Of a DNA stretch of 40,503 nucleotides, positions 10,886 to 20,439 are shown piece by piece. Position numbers and translations under genes: made by a program. The notes below the pieces were generated by a model. That model was not told the origin of the DNA. It made no database searches and saw only the letters and a list, made by a program, of their open reading frames with translations. Origin of the DNA: a virus. The stretch is from IMG/VR virus record IMGVR_UViG_3300045988_128720. The stretch is one strand, 5' to 3'. Every line of letters starts with the position of its first letter. The stretch's first letter is position 1.

Positions 10886-11220
10886 AAAGCTGGGTCGCTC
10901 CCACCGGTGAAAGCCCGGCGCAGGCAAAACGCGATAGATAACCTGAACGCTGTAAGCAAAGCGGCAAGCCGATCAGGAGCGCGGCGCGATGGCAGACCGC
11001 AACGGGACTTTGAGAGCCTGAAAAAGTCTGCCCGGCATCTGCTTGTGCGGACTCCGTTACTGACGCAGTTACGCATCGCCGAAAACCATTACATCAAAGC
11101 AGAACCGCGAATCCGCACGCGGGGGATAAATGCAGCGGATTGAAAAAGCGTTGCGGATTTGCTATCTGCAACGGGTGAGACCGGCACAGCATAAACCGGT
11201 ATGGCGGGTATGGGGAATTT

Positions 11221-12732
11221 TTGAGGAAATGGGGTGATGTGTTGACGCTGGAAGAGATGCGGGAACTTGAACGCGAGGCGTGCAGGAAAGACCCGGTGTA
11301 TTTTTGCGAAACATATTGCCACATTGAGGACAAGGACGCAGACGAACTGATACAGCCGTTTGCGCTGTGGGCCGGGCAGAAAAAAGCCCTTGTTGTGTTT
11401 GCACAGAACCGGCTGGTGTGCGTTTTGAAAGCCCGGCAGCTGGGGTTTACCTGGCTGGCGCTGGTGGAAGTAGCGCGGCTTGTGGCGCTGAATACAGGCC
11501 GTACTGCCATTGGCTTGAGCCGGTCAGAGGACGAAGCAAAAGAGCTTGTGCGCCGCTTGGCGGTAATACTGCGATACATGCCCGGGCTTATCCGGGAAGT
11601 GGACACGCCGGGCGGCAGTATTGCAGGGTGGACAGGCCCGGTGTTTTACAAAAGCACGATGCAGGTCGTGGTGATGTGGCCGGACGGCCCGGAGAGCGTG
11701 TTTAAGGCGTTCCCATCCAGTCCTGCTGCAGGCCGTTCGTTTACTGCCGACTTGATTGTGATAGACGAATGGGCGTTCCAGCAGTATGCCGAAGAGATTT
11801 GGCAGGCAGCATACCCGGTTATTAACCGACCGTTCGGCGGGCGTGTCATTGGGCTGTCTACCATCAAGCTGGGGACGCTGTTTGAGGAAATCTACACGAA
11901 CCCCGGAAACGGGTTTACGAAGCTGTTTTTGCCCTGGAGCACCGACCCGCGCCGTACCGAAAAATGGTACGCACAGACGGTTGCTGCGCTGGGCGAAGAT
12001 AAAACGATGCAGGAGTACCCAGCTACCGAGGAAGAAGCCCTGAGCGCCCCAGGAGGGCGTTTTTTCAGCGAGTTGGATAAGGACAAGCACCTTGTGGACA
12101 GCCCCCCTACAGGGGCGCTACGGCGGTATGTAGCCATCGACTACGGCCTTGATATGTTGGCCGCTATCTGGATTGCCATTGACGATGAGAACCACGCCAC
12201 TGTGTACCGGGTGGACGGCGGGCCGAATAAGACCATCGGCGAAGCTGCCGATTTGATTTTGCGGGATTCTGAAGGGGAAGAGATAGACATGTATCTTGCC
12301 CCGCCTGATTTGTGGAACCGCAGCCAGGAAAGCGGCAAGAGCCGGGCGCAACTGTTCAGTGAAGCGCATTTGCCGCTGGTGCAAAGCAGCCGCGATTTCC
12401 CTGCCGGGTGTGCTGCCATGAAGCAATGGCTGACGGTGGACGAAAAGACCGGCAAAGGCTGGCTTACGTTCTACAAACCAGGTGAGTTGTGGACCTGCCT
12501 GACCAAAATCCAGAAAGACGACAAAAACGCCGATGTATATGCGAAGAATCCGCATGGATTGACGCATTTCCCGGACGCTTTACGCTATTTTTGCGTTTGG
12601 TGGACGAGCCCGGCGAAAAAGCCGGTGAATATCCGCAAACGGAAATGGTCGGCTGACATGTACGAGGACTACCGCAATGCCAATACGGAAGAGCGAAAAA
12701 TGCTGATGGAAAGGTGGGGACACCCTGCATGA
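11221..12732 (+). CDS. terL: terminase large subunit
   Basis: VLKARQLGFTW (Walker A-like), LIVIDEWAF (Walker B), and VAIDYGLDM nuclease aspartate. About 500 aa. The start is ambiguous (TTG 11221, GTG 11239 or TTG 11242). Confidence 0.9.
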   Translation: MRKWGDVLTLEEMRELEREACRKDPVYFCETYCHIEDKDADELIQPFALWAGQKKALVVFAQNRLVCVLKARQLGFTWLALVEVARLVALNTGRTAIGLSRSEDEAKELVRRLAVILRYMPGLIREVDTPGGSIAGWTGPVFYKSTMQVVVMWPDGPESVFKAFPSSPAAGRSFTADLIVIDEWAFQQYAEEIWQAAYPVINRPFGGRVIGLSTIKLGTLFEEIYTNPGNGFTKLFLPWSTDPRRTEKWYAQTVAALGEDKTMQEYPATEEEALSAPGGRFFSELDKDKHLVDSPPTGALRRYVAIDYGLDMLAAIWIAIDDENHATVYRVDGGPNKTIGEAADLILRDSEGEEIDMYLAPPDLWNRSQESGKSRAQLFSEAHLPLVQSSRDFPAGCAAMKQWLTVDEKTGKGWLTFYKPGELWTCLTKIQKDDKNADVYAKNPHGLTHFPDALRYFCVWWTSPAKKPVNIRKRKWSADMYEDYRNANTEERKMLMERWGHPA

Positions 12733-12826
12733 TCGAGTTTTGGTTGAACGCGCAGCCATGTTTTAGAATTTGCCGCTATTACGGCGGCAAGGTGCGGAAC
12801 AGCATTTTGGTAATGGAGGGGATTTT

Positions 12827-12991
12827 TTGAGATGCCCGACTTGTGGAATTGAATGCAGGACCGATTCCGGCACGGATGTGCTGAAATTTATCTGCCGCAG
12901 CAAACAGTGCCCGGATTATGGGCATGTGATGGGGGAAAAGCCCCTGAATGAGCCTGTTGTACGGGTGAATTACCCGGTGCAGGACGATTAA
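12827..12991 (+). CDS. 54-aa zinc-ribbon protein (CPTCG...CRSKQCPDYG)
   Basis: GGAGGGG lies 6 nt before TTG 12827. It could start at TTG 12770, as in the ORF track. Confidence 0.5.
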   Translation: MRCPTCGIECRTDSGTDVLKFICRSKQCPDYGHVMGEKPLNEPVVRVNYPVQDD

Positions 12992-13024
12992 AGCGGATAC
13001 AGAATCCGCCCTTACGATAGAAAT

Positions 13025-13058
13025 AGCGCTTATCCCATTTGGGGTAGGCGCTTTTTTT
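13025..13058 (+). terminator. intrinsic terminator between the terL unit and the head genes
   Basis: 12-bp stem AGCGCUUAUCCC / GGGGUAGGCGCU, AUUU loop, then seven T. Confidence 0.8.
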
Positions 13059-13100
13059 ATACCTATTTTTAGCCGACGGGCGTTGTACGTGGAGGAACCA

Positions 13101-13928
13101 ATGGAAGAACTTGAAAACGGCGTGACCGAGAGCGTAGCCGACTCTGAACCCAACCTGGAAGAAACCGCTGCGGAAGAAACCACGCAGCAGGTGGAAGAAC
13201 CTGCCCAGGAATCTGCCGCAGAGGAACCGGCGAAAGAGCCGGAAATCCCTGATTCTGTTTGGGCCATTGCCCGCAAGCGCAGCGAGCGAGAGGCACAGGC
13301 AAGAATCGACAGGCAGATCGCGCAGCGTTTTGGACAGTACAAAAACCCCGCCACAGGCAAGAACATTGCGACACTGGATGACTACTTTGCCGCAATGGAT
13401 GCCCAGGCGGAGCAGAGCCGCCAGGAAGCCATAGACCGCATGACGGCCAACCAGAGCAGGGAACAGCAGGAAGCACTGCGCCAGATCCTTGCAAACGACC
13501 CGGAAAAGCGACGTTTGAGTGCCCGGGTGCAGGAATTAGAGCAGAAACAGCTTGATGAGCAGGCAGGAGCTGCGTTTAACCGCGATTTTGCCGAGTTGCA
13601 GAAGCTGGAACCCGCTTTGAAAACCGTAAACGACCTGGAAAAGCTGGACGGCTTTGACAAAATTGTACAGCTTGTACAAGAAAAGGGGCTTGACATGGTG
13701 ACGGCCTATAAGGCTGTGAACTTTGGCAGGGCCACGCAGGCCAGCCAGGCGGCAGGAAAGCAGGCGGCTATCAATGCTGCCAAAGGGAAGAACCACCTTG
13801 CCGCCCACGATGGGCAGGCGCAGCCGGGAACCCAAAAGGTAATGAGCGAAAGCATGCTGAACCTTGCGAAAGAAGCGTTCCCGGATAAATCCGACGCAGA
13901 AATCCAGAAACTTTATAACTCGATTTGA
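13101..13928 (+). CDS. scaffolding protein (275 aa)
   Basis: GGAGGAACCA precedes ATG 13101. Acidic N-terminus, long helical Q/E/A-rich body, position directly upstream of the capsid gene. Confidence 0.7.
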   Translation: MEELENGVTESVADSEPNLEETAAEETTQQVEEPAQESAAEEPAKEPEIPDSVWAIARKRSEREAQARIDRQIAQRFGQYKNPATGKNIATLDDYFAAMDAQAEQSRQEAIDRMTANQSREQQEALRQILANDPEKRRLSARVQELEQKQLDEQAGAAFNRDFAELQKLEPALKTVNDLEKLDGFDKIVQLVQEKGLDMVTAYKAVNFGRATQASQAAGKQAAINAAKGKNHLAAHDGQAQPGTQKVMSESMLNLAKEAFPDKSDAEIQKLYNSI

Positions 13929-13943
13929 AAGGAGCCACAATAA

Positions 13944-14945
13944 ATGGCAGTTGTATTTAGTAAATCCAGCGGCGCAGCCAATGATTATTGGAACGAATGG
14001 GCCGACATGATCCAGATGAAGATGAAGGACACCGACAACGAGAAGAACAACGACGACGAGCTTGTCAATGCCCTGTTCAACGTGAAGAAATCCAAGCGCT
14101 TTGGTGAGAAGATCGCGGGCCTGTCTACCTTTGGCAACTTTGAGGTTGTGGACGAAGGTGCAGAAGCCCCGGCCGATACCCTGAAAGAGACGGAACCCAA
14201 GCTGATTACCCACAGCGAGTTCAAGAAACTGTTTGAAGTCACCAAGACTATGAAGGAGGACTTGCAGTTTGACATTGCTGCCACCAAGGCAGCGGCCGAT
14301 GTGCGTGCCTACAAGCGCAGCCGTGCAGCGTTTGCCAGCGCTGCGCTGACCAGCGCCGCCAAGACTTTTACCTACGGCAGCAAGACCGGACTGGACAGCA
14401 CCACCGCTGACGGCCTGGCCCTGTTTGATAAGGCGCATACCGGCCTGACCGGCGTTGCGACCCAGTCCAACGTGTTTACCAATGCCTTTGGCAATGACGA
14501 TGCCATGCTGAACCGCCTTGCCAACATTGGCATGAACTTTAAAAACGCCACCGGCCATGTGTTGGGCTACACCTTCGATACCCTGGTCGTGCCCGGCAAC
14601 GCCTACCGCCTGATCACGCTGGGCAAGAAGATCATCAACAGTGACCAGCAGGTTGGCAGCAGCTACAACGATGTCAACGTGAACAAGGGCATGTGGAAGC
14701 TTGTGGTTGATCACCATTGGCAGGTTGCAGATGGCACCGAGCCGTACATCATCATGTCCAGCCAGGCCAACAAAGACCTGATGGGCAATATGTTTTACGA
14801 CCGTACCCCGCTGGAAATTGAACAGGATGTGGATGTGCGCACTCAGAACCTGATCTCCAGCGGCCGTGGCCGTTTCAGCGTCGGTTTTGGCGATTGGCGG
14901 CACATCATCATGGGCGGCGCTGCTGCCGGTACGGAGTTGACCTGA
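13944..14945 (+). CDS. major capsid protein (333 aa, presumably HK97-fold)
   Basis: AAAGGAGCC RBS. Size, position after the scaffold gene and composition typical of capsid proteins. No protease gene is present. Confidence 0.8.
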   Translation: MAVVFSKSSGAANDYWNEWADMIQMKMKDTDNEKNNDDELVNALFNVKKSKRFGEKIAGLSTFGNFEVVDEGAEAPADTLKETEPKLITHSEFKKLFEVTKTMKEDLQFDIAATKAAADVRAYKRSRAAFASAALTSAAKTFTYGSKTGLDSTTADGLALFDKAHTGLTGVATQSNVFTNAFGNDDAMLNRLANIGMNFKNATGHVLGYTFDTLVVPGNAYRLITLGKKIINSDQQVGSSYNDVNVNKGMWKLVVDHHWQVADGTEPYIIMSSQANKDLMGNMFYDRTPLEIEQDVDVRTQNLISSGRGRFSVGFGDWRHIIMGGAAAGTELT

Positions 14946-14946
14946 T

Positions 14947-15096
14947 ATGGCCCCGAAAGGATTGCAGCCGGGTGATACCTTTACCGAGGGCAAGCTGACC
15001 TATGTGGTTGTGGCGGTAAACGCCGACGGCAGCTATGATGCCAAGCTGGCAGAGAAAACCAAGGAAGTAAAACGCGGCAGACCCAAGAAAGCATAA
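14947..15096 (+). CDS. 49-aa protein coupled to the capsid gene (not in ORF track)
   Basis: TGAtATG junction. Peptide MAPKGLQPGDTFTEGKLTYVVVAVNADGSYDAKLAEKTKEVKRGRPKKA. Followed by a terminator. Confidence 0.5.
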   Translation: MAPKGLQPGDTFTEGKLTYVVVAVNADGSYDAKLAEKTKEVKRGRPKKA

Positions 15097-15100
15097 GCAC

Positions 15101-15130
15101 AGCGGCCCTGCTTAGGCAGGACCGCTTTTT
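15101..15130 (+). terminator. intrinsic terminator after the capsid unit
   Basis: 11-bp stem AGCGGCCCUGC / GCAGGACCGCU (one mismatch), UUAG loop, then five T. Confidence 0.75.
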
Positions 15131-15168
15131 ATCACATTTGCGGGGGCATGACCCTACAGGAGTGAACG

Positions 15169-17067
15169 ATGAAGAAGAACGATGATAAAGACAAAAAGCT
15201 GCTGGAAAAATGGCAAGGCAAGTTATCTGCCGCAAAAGCACGATACAGTGTAGAGCTTGCAGCCATGCAGCGTCGTGAGGATATGTACTACGGGAGCCAC
15301 ATCATCCAGGGAGCCAAAAAGAAGGCAACCAATGTGCGGAATGTGGTGTATGAGCTGATCGAAAGCGAAGTGGACACCAGTATCCCACAGCCGAAGGTAA
15401 CGGCCATCCATGCAGAGGATGTGGAAAAGGCCCGGAAAATCGAGAATCTTTTGCGAAACGAGATTCGACGGATGCCTATCCCAGAGATGAACGATCGCAG
15501 CGAGAGAACCGTGACTATCCAGGGCGGCGACTTTTTCCATGTGGAATGGAACCCGGTGGCCGGGTATCACTGCACTTTGGGCGATGTGGAAGTTAATTTG
15601 CGCCATCCGAGACAGGTTATCCCGCAGCCGGGTGTATATCGGCTGGAAGATATGGACTATGTGTTTTTGCAGATGAGCAAGAGCAAAGAGTCTTTGGAGA
15701 ACAAATACGGCGTAGAAATTGACACTGACACCGAAGATGCCCCGGAGGTGCGCGGCAACGATGCCAGCACGGCCAGCGGTGTTGTGACCCAGAGCATTGT
15801 GTACTACAAGCACGATAAGGGCACAGTGGGCATGCTGAGCTGGTGCGGCGACCAAATTTTAGAGAATTACCCGGACTATTACGCCAGAACCAGTGAGGTT
15901 TGCACCAAGTGCGGACGCAAGCGGGTAGGGGATGTATGCGTTTGCGGAAACAAACGATTTAAAGAAGCCCCGGTGCAGACCATTACCCTGACGCAGGATT
16001 TGGTGATGAGCGACGGTGAGACCATCCCGGCGCAGACGCGCGGCGAGGATATGCCGATTCTGAACCCGGACGGCAGTGCGCAGCTGGACAACGATACCGG
16101 CGAGATGATCATGATGCCCGGCGAACTGGAAGCAACCGAAATCCCCGCCTATAAACCGCACGGATTCCCGATCATTGAGAGAATCAATATCTCGGCAGCT
16201 GACCGCTTTTTAGGTGTGAGCGACGTAGATATTATCTCCGACCAGCAGCAGGCTATCAACAAATACGGCACGAAGATACAGGAAAAGCTGCTGAAAGGCG
16301 GCAGCTATGTCACCTTGCCGGACGGTGTGGATGTTGACAAAAGCGACGATGAGTTAAAGATTTTGCGCTTCCAGAACCCCAGCCAGGCAAATCTTATCAG
16401 CGTTATCAATGTGCAGCCCAATGTGCAGAATGACCAGAACATGTTGGAGTACAACTATAACTGGGCAAAATCTGCTTTGGGTATTACCGATGCTTTCCAG
16501 GGAAAGTACGACAGTTCCGCTACTTCCGGCAGTGCAAAGCAGTTCAGTGCGAACCAGAGCGCCGGACGTTTGCAGAGCAAGCGGGAGATGAAGAACAACG
16601 CCTACGCCCGGCTGTACCGGCTGATGTTTGAGTATTTGCTGGCATATGCGGACGAGCCGTACCCCATGACCGAGACCGACACGGATGGGGAGCAGCAGTT
16701 CGGCCACTTTGACCGCAACGACTTTTTGAAGCGCGACGCTGCCGGGGAACTGTATTGGAACGATGAATTCATCTTTGAGGTAGACCCGGCCAGCAACCTT
16801 GCCAGCAACCGGGAACGGCTGTGGGATATGGCAAAGGTGGATTACCAGGCTGGCGCGTTTGGCCCCATCAACGACTTGGAGAGCCAGCGCACCTATTGGA
16901 CGTGGCTGCGCAATACAAACTATCCGTATTCGGCTACTGTGCTGGCGGATATCCGACAGCGGCTTAGTGAACAGCAGCAGATGCAGGCCATGATGAACCA
17001 GGGGGTAAATGCAAATGACATGGGAACAGATCAAGCTGGCATCCTTGCAGAAGATGTTCGCCAGTGA
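15169..17067 (+). CDS. portal protein (632 aa) with a 4-Cys zinc-ribbon insertion
   Basis: Size and position. N-terminal block NVRNVVYELIESEVDTSIPQPKV is typical of portals (memory-based). CTKCGRKRVGDVCVCG is encoded at 15901-15945. Confidence 0.8.
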   Translation: MKKNDDKDKKLLEKWQGKLSAAKARYSVELAAMQRREDMYYGSHIIQGAKKKATNVRNVVYELIESEVDTSIPQPKVTAIHAEDVEKARKIENLLRNEIRRMPIPEMNDRSERTVTIQGGDFFHVEWNPVAGYHCTLGDVEVNLRHPRQVIPQPGVYRLEDMDYVFLQMSKSKESLENKYGVEIDTDTEDAPEVRGNDASTASGVVTQSIVYYKHDKGTVGMLSWCGDQILENYPDYYARTSEVCTKCGRKRVGDVCVCGNKRFKEAPVQTITLTQDLVMSDGETIPAQTRGEDMPILNPDGSAQLDNDTGEMIMMPGELEATEIPAYKPHGFPIIERINISAADRFLGVSDVDIISDQQQAINKYGTKIQEKLLKGGSYVTLPDGVDVDKSDDELKILRFQNPSQANLISVINVQPNVQNDQNMLEYNYNWAKSALGITDAFQGKYDSSATSGSAKQFSANQSAGRLQSKREMKNNAYARLYRLMFEYLLAYADEPYPMTETDTDGEQQFGHFDRNDFLKRDAAGELYWNDEFIFEVDPASNLASNRERLWDMAKVDYQAGAFGPINDLESQRTYWTWLRNTNYPYSATVLADIRQRLSEQQQMQAMMNQGVNANDMGTDQAGILAEDVRQ

Positions 17068-17614
17068 CGGCACAGACATCTCGAACCCTGACGAAGCGAC
17101 AAAAGAATATTTAAACGCGATGCCGCAGGCAGCCAACGAAGCCATTGAAATGATTTGCACTGCCGGGCGGTATTTACGCAAAAGCTACACGGTAGACAAA
17201 GACAAGGGCGAAAAGCTGACTGTGAATCTGGCCTATGAGGTGCCGGATTACTGGCGTATGGGCGCTAAAGAGGTGTACAAGCTGGTGGACGATACCCCGG
17301 AGCCTGTAGACGGGGTGGAACTGTACGGCGGCAAGTACCTGGTTTTCCCGGCTGATTTTGAGGGCGAGTTTGAGTTTTTCTACGATGCAAAGCCAGCAAC
17401 GCTGACGCTGGAAACGCCGGACACCAAAAAAATCGACCTGCCGGACGATGCCGTTGTACTGCTGCCGCTGTACATTGCCAGCCAGTTATACAAGGATGAT
17501 GACATTGCAATTGCCACTTACTACCGCAACGAGTTTGAGACCGCCTTTGAACGGCTGACGAACCCGAGAACCGTAAGCAAGGAAAGCTTTACAAGCAATA
17601 CAGGGTGGTGGTAA
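17015..17614 (+). CDS. putative head-tail adaptor / head completion protein (199 aa)
   Basis: Immediately follows the portal gene. AGGGGG lies 9 nt before ATG 17015. Confidence 0.55.
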   Translation: MTWEQIKLASLQKMFASDGTDISNPDEATKEYLNAMPQAANEAIEMICTAGRYLRKSYTVDKDKGEKLTVNLAYEVPDYWRMGAKEVYKLVDDTPEPVDGVELYGGKYLVFPADFEGEFEFFYDAKPATLTLETPDTKKIDLPDDAVVLLPLYIASQLYKDDDIAIATYYRNEFETAFERLTNPRTVSKESFTSNTGWW

Positions 17615-17616
17615 GC

Positions 17617-19479
17617 ATGGCTACCTTTACGATACCCAGCCAGGTTGCCCGCAGCAAACTGGCAATTGATAAACTGCTTGGCATTGATTATACCAGCAAC
17701 ACCGCCAATGTAAGCGTGAGCCAAAGCCCCAATGCGCAGAACATGATACGCAGCGAGCCCGGCAAGGTGCGCAAGCGGATGGGATATAAGCTGCGAGCGG
17801 CTTTTCCGGCCCGTGTGAACGGTTTCCACGAGTTAAAGGGTAAGAGCCTTATCCATGCGGGAACGGCACTGTACGAGCTGCCGGAGGGCGGCAAGGAAGT
17901 GGGCAATGCACTGTACAGTGACATGGCAGATGCACGCAGCAAAAGCTGGCAGATGGACGATAAGCTGTTTATTGCCGACGGAAAGTGCCTGCTGGTGTAT
18001 GATGGCGAAACGGTAAAAAAAGCCAGTGACGATGCAAAGATCCCGACGCTGACGATTGCCAAACCACCGCAGGGCGGCGGCAAGGAATACGAAGCGCTGA
18101 ACCTGCTGCAGCCGAAGTTCAAAGAACTTTTTGCCAGTGATGGAAAAGCTACCGAGTATCATCTGAGCTTTTCCGGACTGGACAGTGCGGACGTAACTGT
18201 ACGTAAGCTGAACAGCAGCGGAGAATGGGAAGATGTGACAAGCGGATTTACCTGCAATAAAGAAACCGGTGTTGTTACATTCAGCACAGCACCAGAGAAA
18301 AGCCCGGTGGAGGGCGAGGACAACATCGAGATCACCGCAACCAGAACAGTAGAGGGCTACGCCGACCGAATCAACAAATGCTGCATTGGCATTTTATTTG
18401 GCGTAAACGGTGCAGCCGACCGCCTGTTTTTGAGCGGGAACCCGGATTATCCGAACCAGGACTGGTACAGCGGACAGTATGACTTGACCTATTGGCCGGA
18501 TACCGCCTACAGCAAACTGGGTACGGCAAAAAGTGCCATTATGGGCTACTCTATCATTGAAAACCGAATTGCAGCCCATAAAGACGAGCATGAAACCGAC
18601 CGAAACGTTGTGATACGGCAGGGCAATCTGGTGGACAGTGAACCGGCTTTCCCGATTACCAACACGATACAAGGCCCCGGTGCGATTGCAAAATACAGCT
18701 TTGCTTACTGCGCCAACGAGCCTGTTTTTTTGACCAATTTGGGGATTTACGCAATTACACCAAGTGACATTGTGGGCGAGCGATTCAGCCAGAACAGAAG
18801 CTATTACATGAACGGCAAGCTGCTGGATGAAGCAAACAAAGCGGATGCTTACGCCTGTGTGTACAAGGACATGTACTGGCTGTGCCTGAACGGCGTTGCG
18901 TATATTTTGGACGGGCAGCAAAACCTGGGCACAAACAAAAACGAGCCGTACTCGACCCGGCAATATGCCTGTTTTTATGAGACGAATATCCCGGCGCGTG
19001 TCATGTGGGTGGATGAGACCGACCTATATTTTGGCGCTGACAACGGGAATGTATACCAGTTTTACAATGACCCGGATGATATTGCCAGCTACAACGATAA
19101 CGGCGCTGTGATTTCTGCCGAATGGGAAACGCCGGACTTGGCGGGCACGCTTTTTTATAAAAACAAGAGTTTCCGCTATCTTGCCTTGCAGATGGCACCC
19201 AGTGCTGTAACGAGCGTTGCCGTTTATGCTATGAAGCGGGGCATTTGGTCTAATATCTGGAACGACAGCACGCACGCACGATTTTTTAGTTATCACCAGC
19301 TGCGTTATTCCCGCTTTACTTATTCAAACGACAAGACTTCGCGGACATTGCACAACAAAATCCGAATCAAGCGAGTGGATAAAGCGCGGTTCCGCTTTGC
19401 GAACGATGCGTTGAACGAACCGTTTGGATTGATGCAGATCGCCGTTGAGTTTGTAGAAAACGGAAACTTTAAGGGGTGA
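17617..19479 (+). CDS. large virion/tail structural protein (620 aa)
   Basis: ATG 17617 lies 2 nt after the upstream stop. Beta-rich composition and position between the adaptor and fibre genes. Confidence 0.6.
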   Translation: MATFTIPSQVARSKLAIDKLLGIDYTSNTANVSVSQSPNAQNMIRSEPGKVRKRMGYKLRAAFPARVNGFHELKGKSLIHAGTALYELPEGGKEVGNALYSDMADARSKSWQMDDKLFIADGKCLLVYDGETVKKASDDAKIPTLTIAKPPQGGGKEYEALNLLQPKFKELFASDGKATEYHLSFSGLDSADVTVRKLNSSGEWEDVTSGFTCNKETGVVTFSTAPEKSPVEGEDNIEITATRTVEGYADRINKCCIGILFGVNGAADRLFLSGNPDYPNQDWYSGQYDLTYWPDTAYSKLGTAKSAIMGYSIIENRIAAHKDEHETDRNVVIRQGNLVDSEPAFPITNTIQGPGAIAKYSFAYCANEPVFLTNLGIYAITPSDIVGERFSQNRSYYMNGKLLDEANKADAYACVYKDMYWLCLNGVAYILDGQQNLGTNKNEPYSTRQYACFYETNIPARVMWVDETDLYFGADNGNVYQFYNDPDDIASYNDNGAVISAEWETPDLAGTLFYKNKSFRYLALQMAPSAVTSVAVYAMKRGIWSNIWNDSTHARFFSYHQLRYSRFTYSNDKTSRTLHNKIRIKRVDKARFRFANDALNEPFGLMQIAVEFVENGNFKG

Positions 19480-19483
19480 TGAA

Positions 19484-20344
19484 ATGGCCTTTAAGAAAAT
19501 TACAGACGCAGATGTAAAAGGCAAAGGCAATGTAGGACGGCCAGACACGCCGGGCGTATCGACCGCAGAGATGCAGCGCATTATGGATGAGATACCGCGC
19601 GAGGTGATTATCCCGGCGTTTAATGCACTGATTGATGCACTTACTGACAAAACATCCGCCGCTACGCTTGGCATTACTGCGCCGGAGGGAATTGCAGGCA
19701 GTACCGTGCAGGAAGTAGTAAACGCGCTGCTTGCCTATGTGAACGCCCACAAGAACGACCAGAAAAACCCGCACGCCGTTACGGCTGCACAGATTGATGC
19801 TTACACCAAAAAGCAGACAGACGATGCAATCAACGAGAAACTTACAGAAATCGGCAGCGGCGACATGGCGCAGGCTGTATATGACCCTACCGGGCAGCGA
19901 AAAGACGTGTTTGCGGCGATTAACACAGCAATTACCGAAACTCTTTTGACTACGATGCTGCGGGCAACGTATGACCCGCAAGACCGGCAGAGCGATATTT
20001 TTAAGGCTGTGGACAGTGTGGCACCGCGCTACAAGGCACGGTATACGCTGGCAGGCTGGGCGGCTGTGACGGATGAAACCGCCAAAGCGGACGGTTACGC
20101 CTACACCCAGACCGCCACGCTGACCCCGCTTGACGCCAACGCGCCGGAGATTACGGCGGACAGTGATTTTCTTTCCCCGCCGCGCTATGAGCCGCCCGGC
20201 GTGCCCGCCACCGAAGAAGTGCTGGACGCCGTGCTTGCGATCATCAACGCGGGCCACACCGTAAGCGGGACAAACGCTGTTACCACGATGGTACAGGAAC
20301 TGCCCGATGCGGAAATTGAAATCATCTGGAAAATGCGCCCGTAA
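19484..20344 (+). CDS. tail fibre / receptor-binding protein (286 aa)
   Basis: The conserved fibre N-terminus ITDADVKGKGNVGRPDTPGVSTAEMQRIMDEIPREVIIPAFNALIDAL is recalled from gut phage fibres. The C-terminal ~100 aa is duplicated in 21332-21664. Confidence 0.7.
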   Translation: MAFKKITDADVKGKGNVGRPDTPGVSTAEMQRIMDEIPREVIIPAFNALIDALTDKTSAATLGITAPEGIAGSTVQEVVNALLAYVNAHKNDQKNPHAVTAAQIDAYTKKQTDDAINEKLTEIGSGDMAQAVYDPTGQRKDVFAAINTAITETLLTTMLRATYDPQDRQSDIFKAVDSVAPRYKARYTLAGWAAVTDETAKADGYAYTQTATLTPLDANAPEITADSDFLSPPRYEPPGVPATEEVLDAVLAIINAGHTVSGTNAVTTMVQELPDAEIEIIWKMRP

Positions 20345-20370
20345 GCGGCGCAGAAAAGGAGAGCGTAGCT

Positions 20371-20439
20371 ATGAGTAAATATTTGCTTTACCCACCCCAC
20401 CTGAATAATGCGGCACTTGCCGCGCGGGGGTGCTGCTGA
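20371..20439 (+). CDS. 22-aa upstream ORF (MSKYLLYPPHLNNAALAARGCC), stop overlapping the next ATG (TGATG)
   Basis: AAGGAGAG lies 8 nt before ATG 20371. Not in the ORF track. Confidence 0.3.
   Translation: MSKYLLYPPHLNNAALAARGCC

Noticed and set aside
10859-11143. 94-aa ORF upstream of terL (…KARRRQNAIDNLNAVSKAASRSGARRDGRPQ…)
   Set aside because: It starts inside the T-arm of the tRNA-like element, has no RBS and is highly basic and low in complexity. A small DNA-binding protein cannot be fully excluded without homology searches.
11131-11237. 35-aa ORF (MQRIEKALRICYLQRVRPAQHKPVWRVWGIFEEMG) ending 1 nt before a possible GTG start of terL
   Set aside because: It is short and Arg/Trp-rich, with only a weak G-rich RBS. 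It is mentioned as a possible coupling ORF, but support is insufficient.
13536-14993. 485-aa minus-strand ORF opposite the scaffold and capsid genes
   Set aside because: It is fully antisense to two well-supported structural genes. It has no RBS. Its composition (G/A/V/L/H-rich, low complexity) is typical of shadow ORFs in GC-rich DNA.
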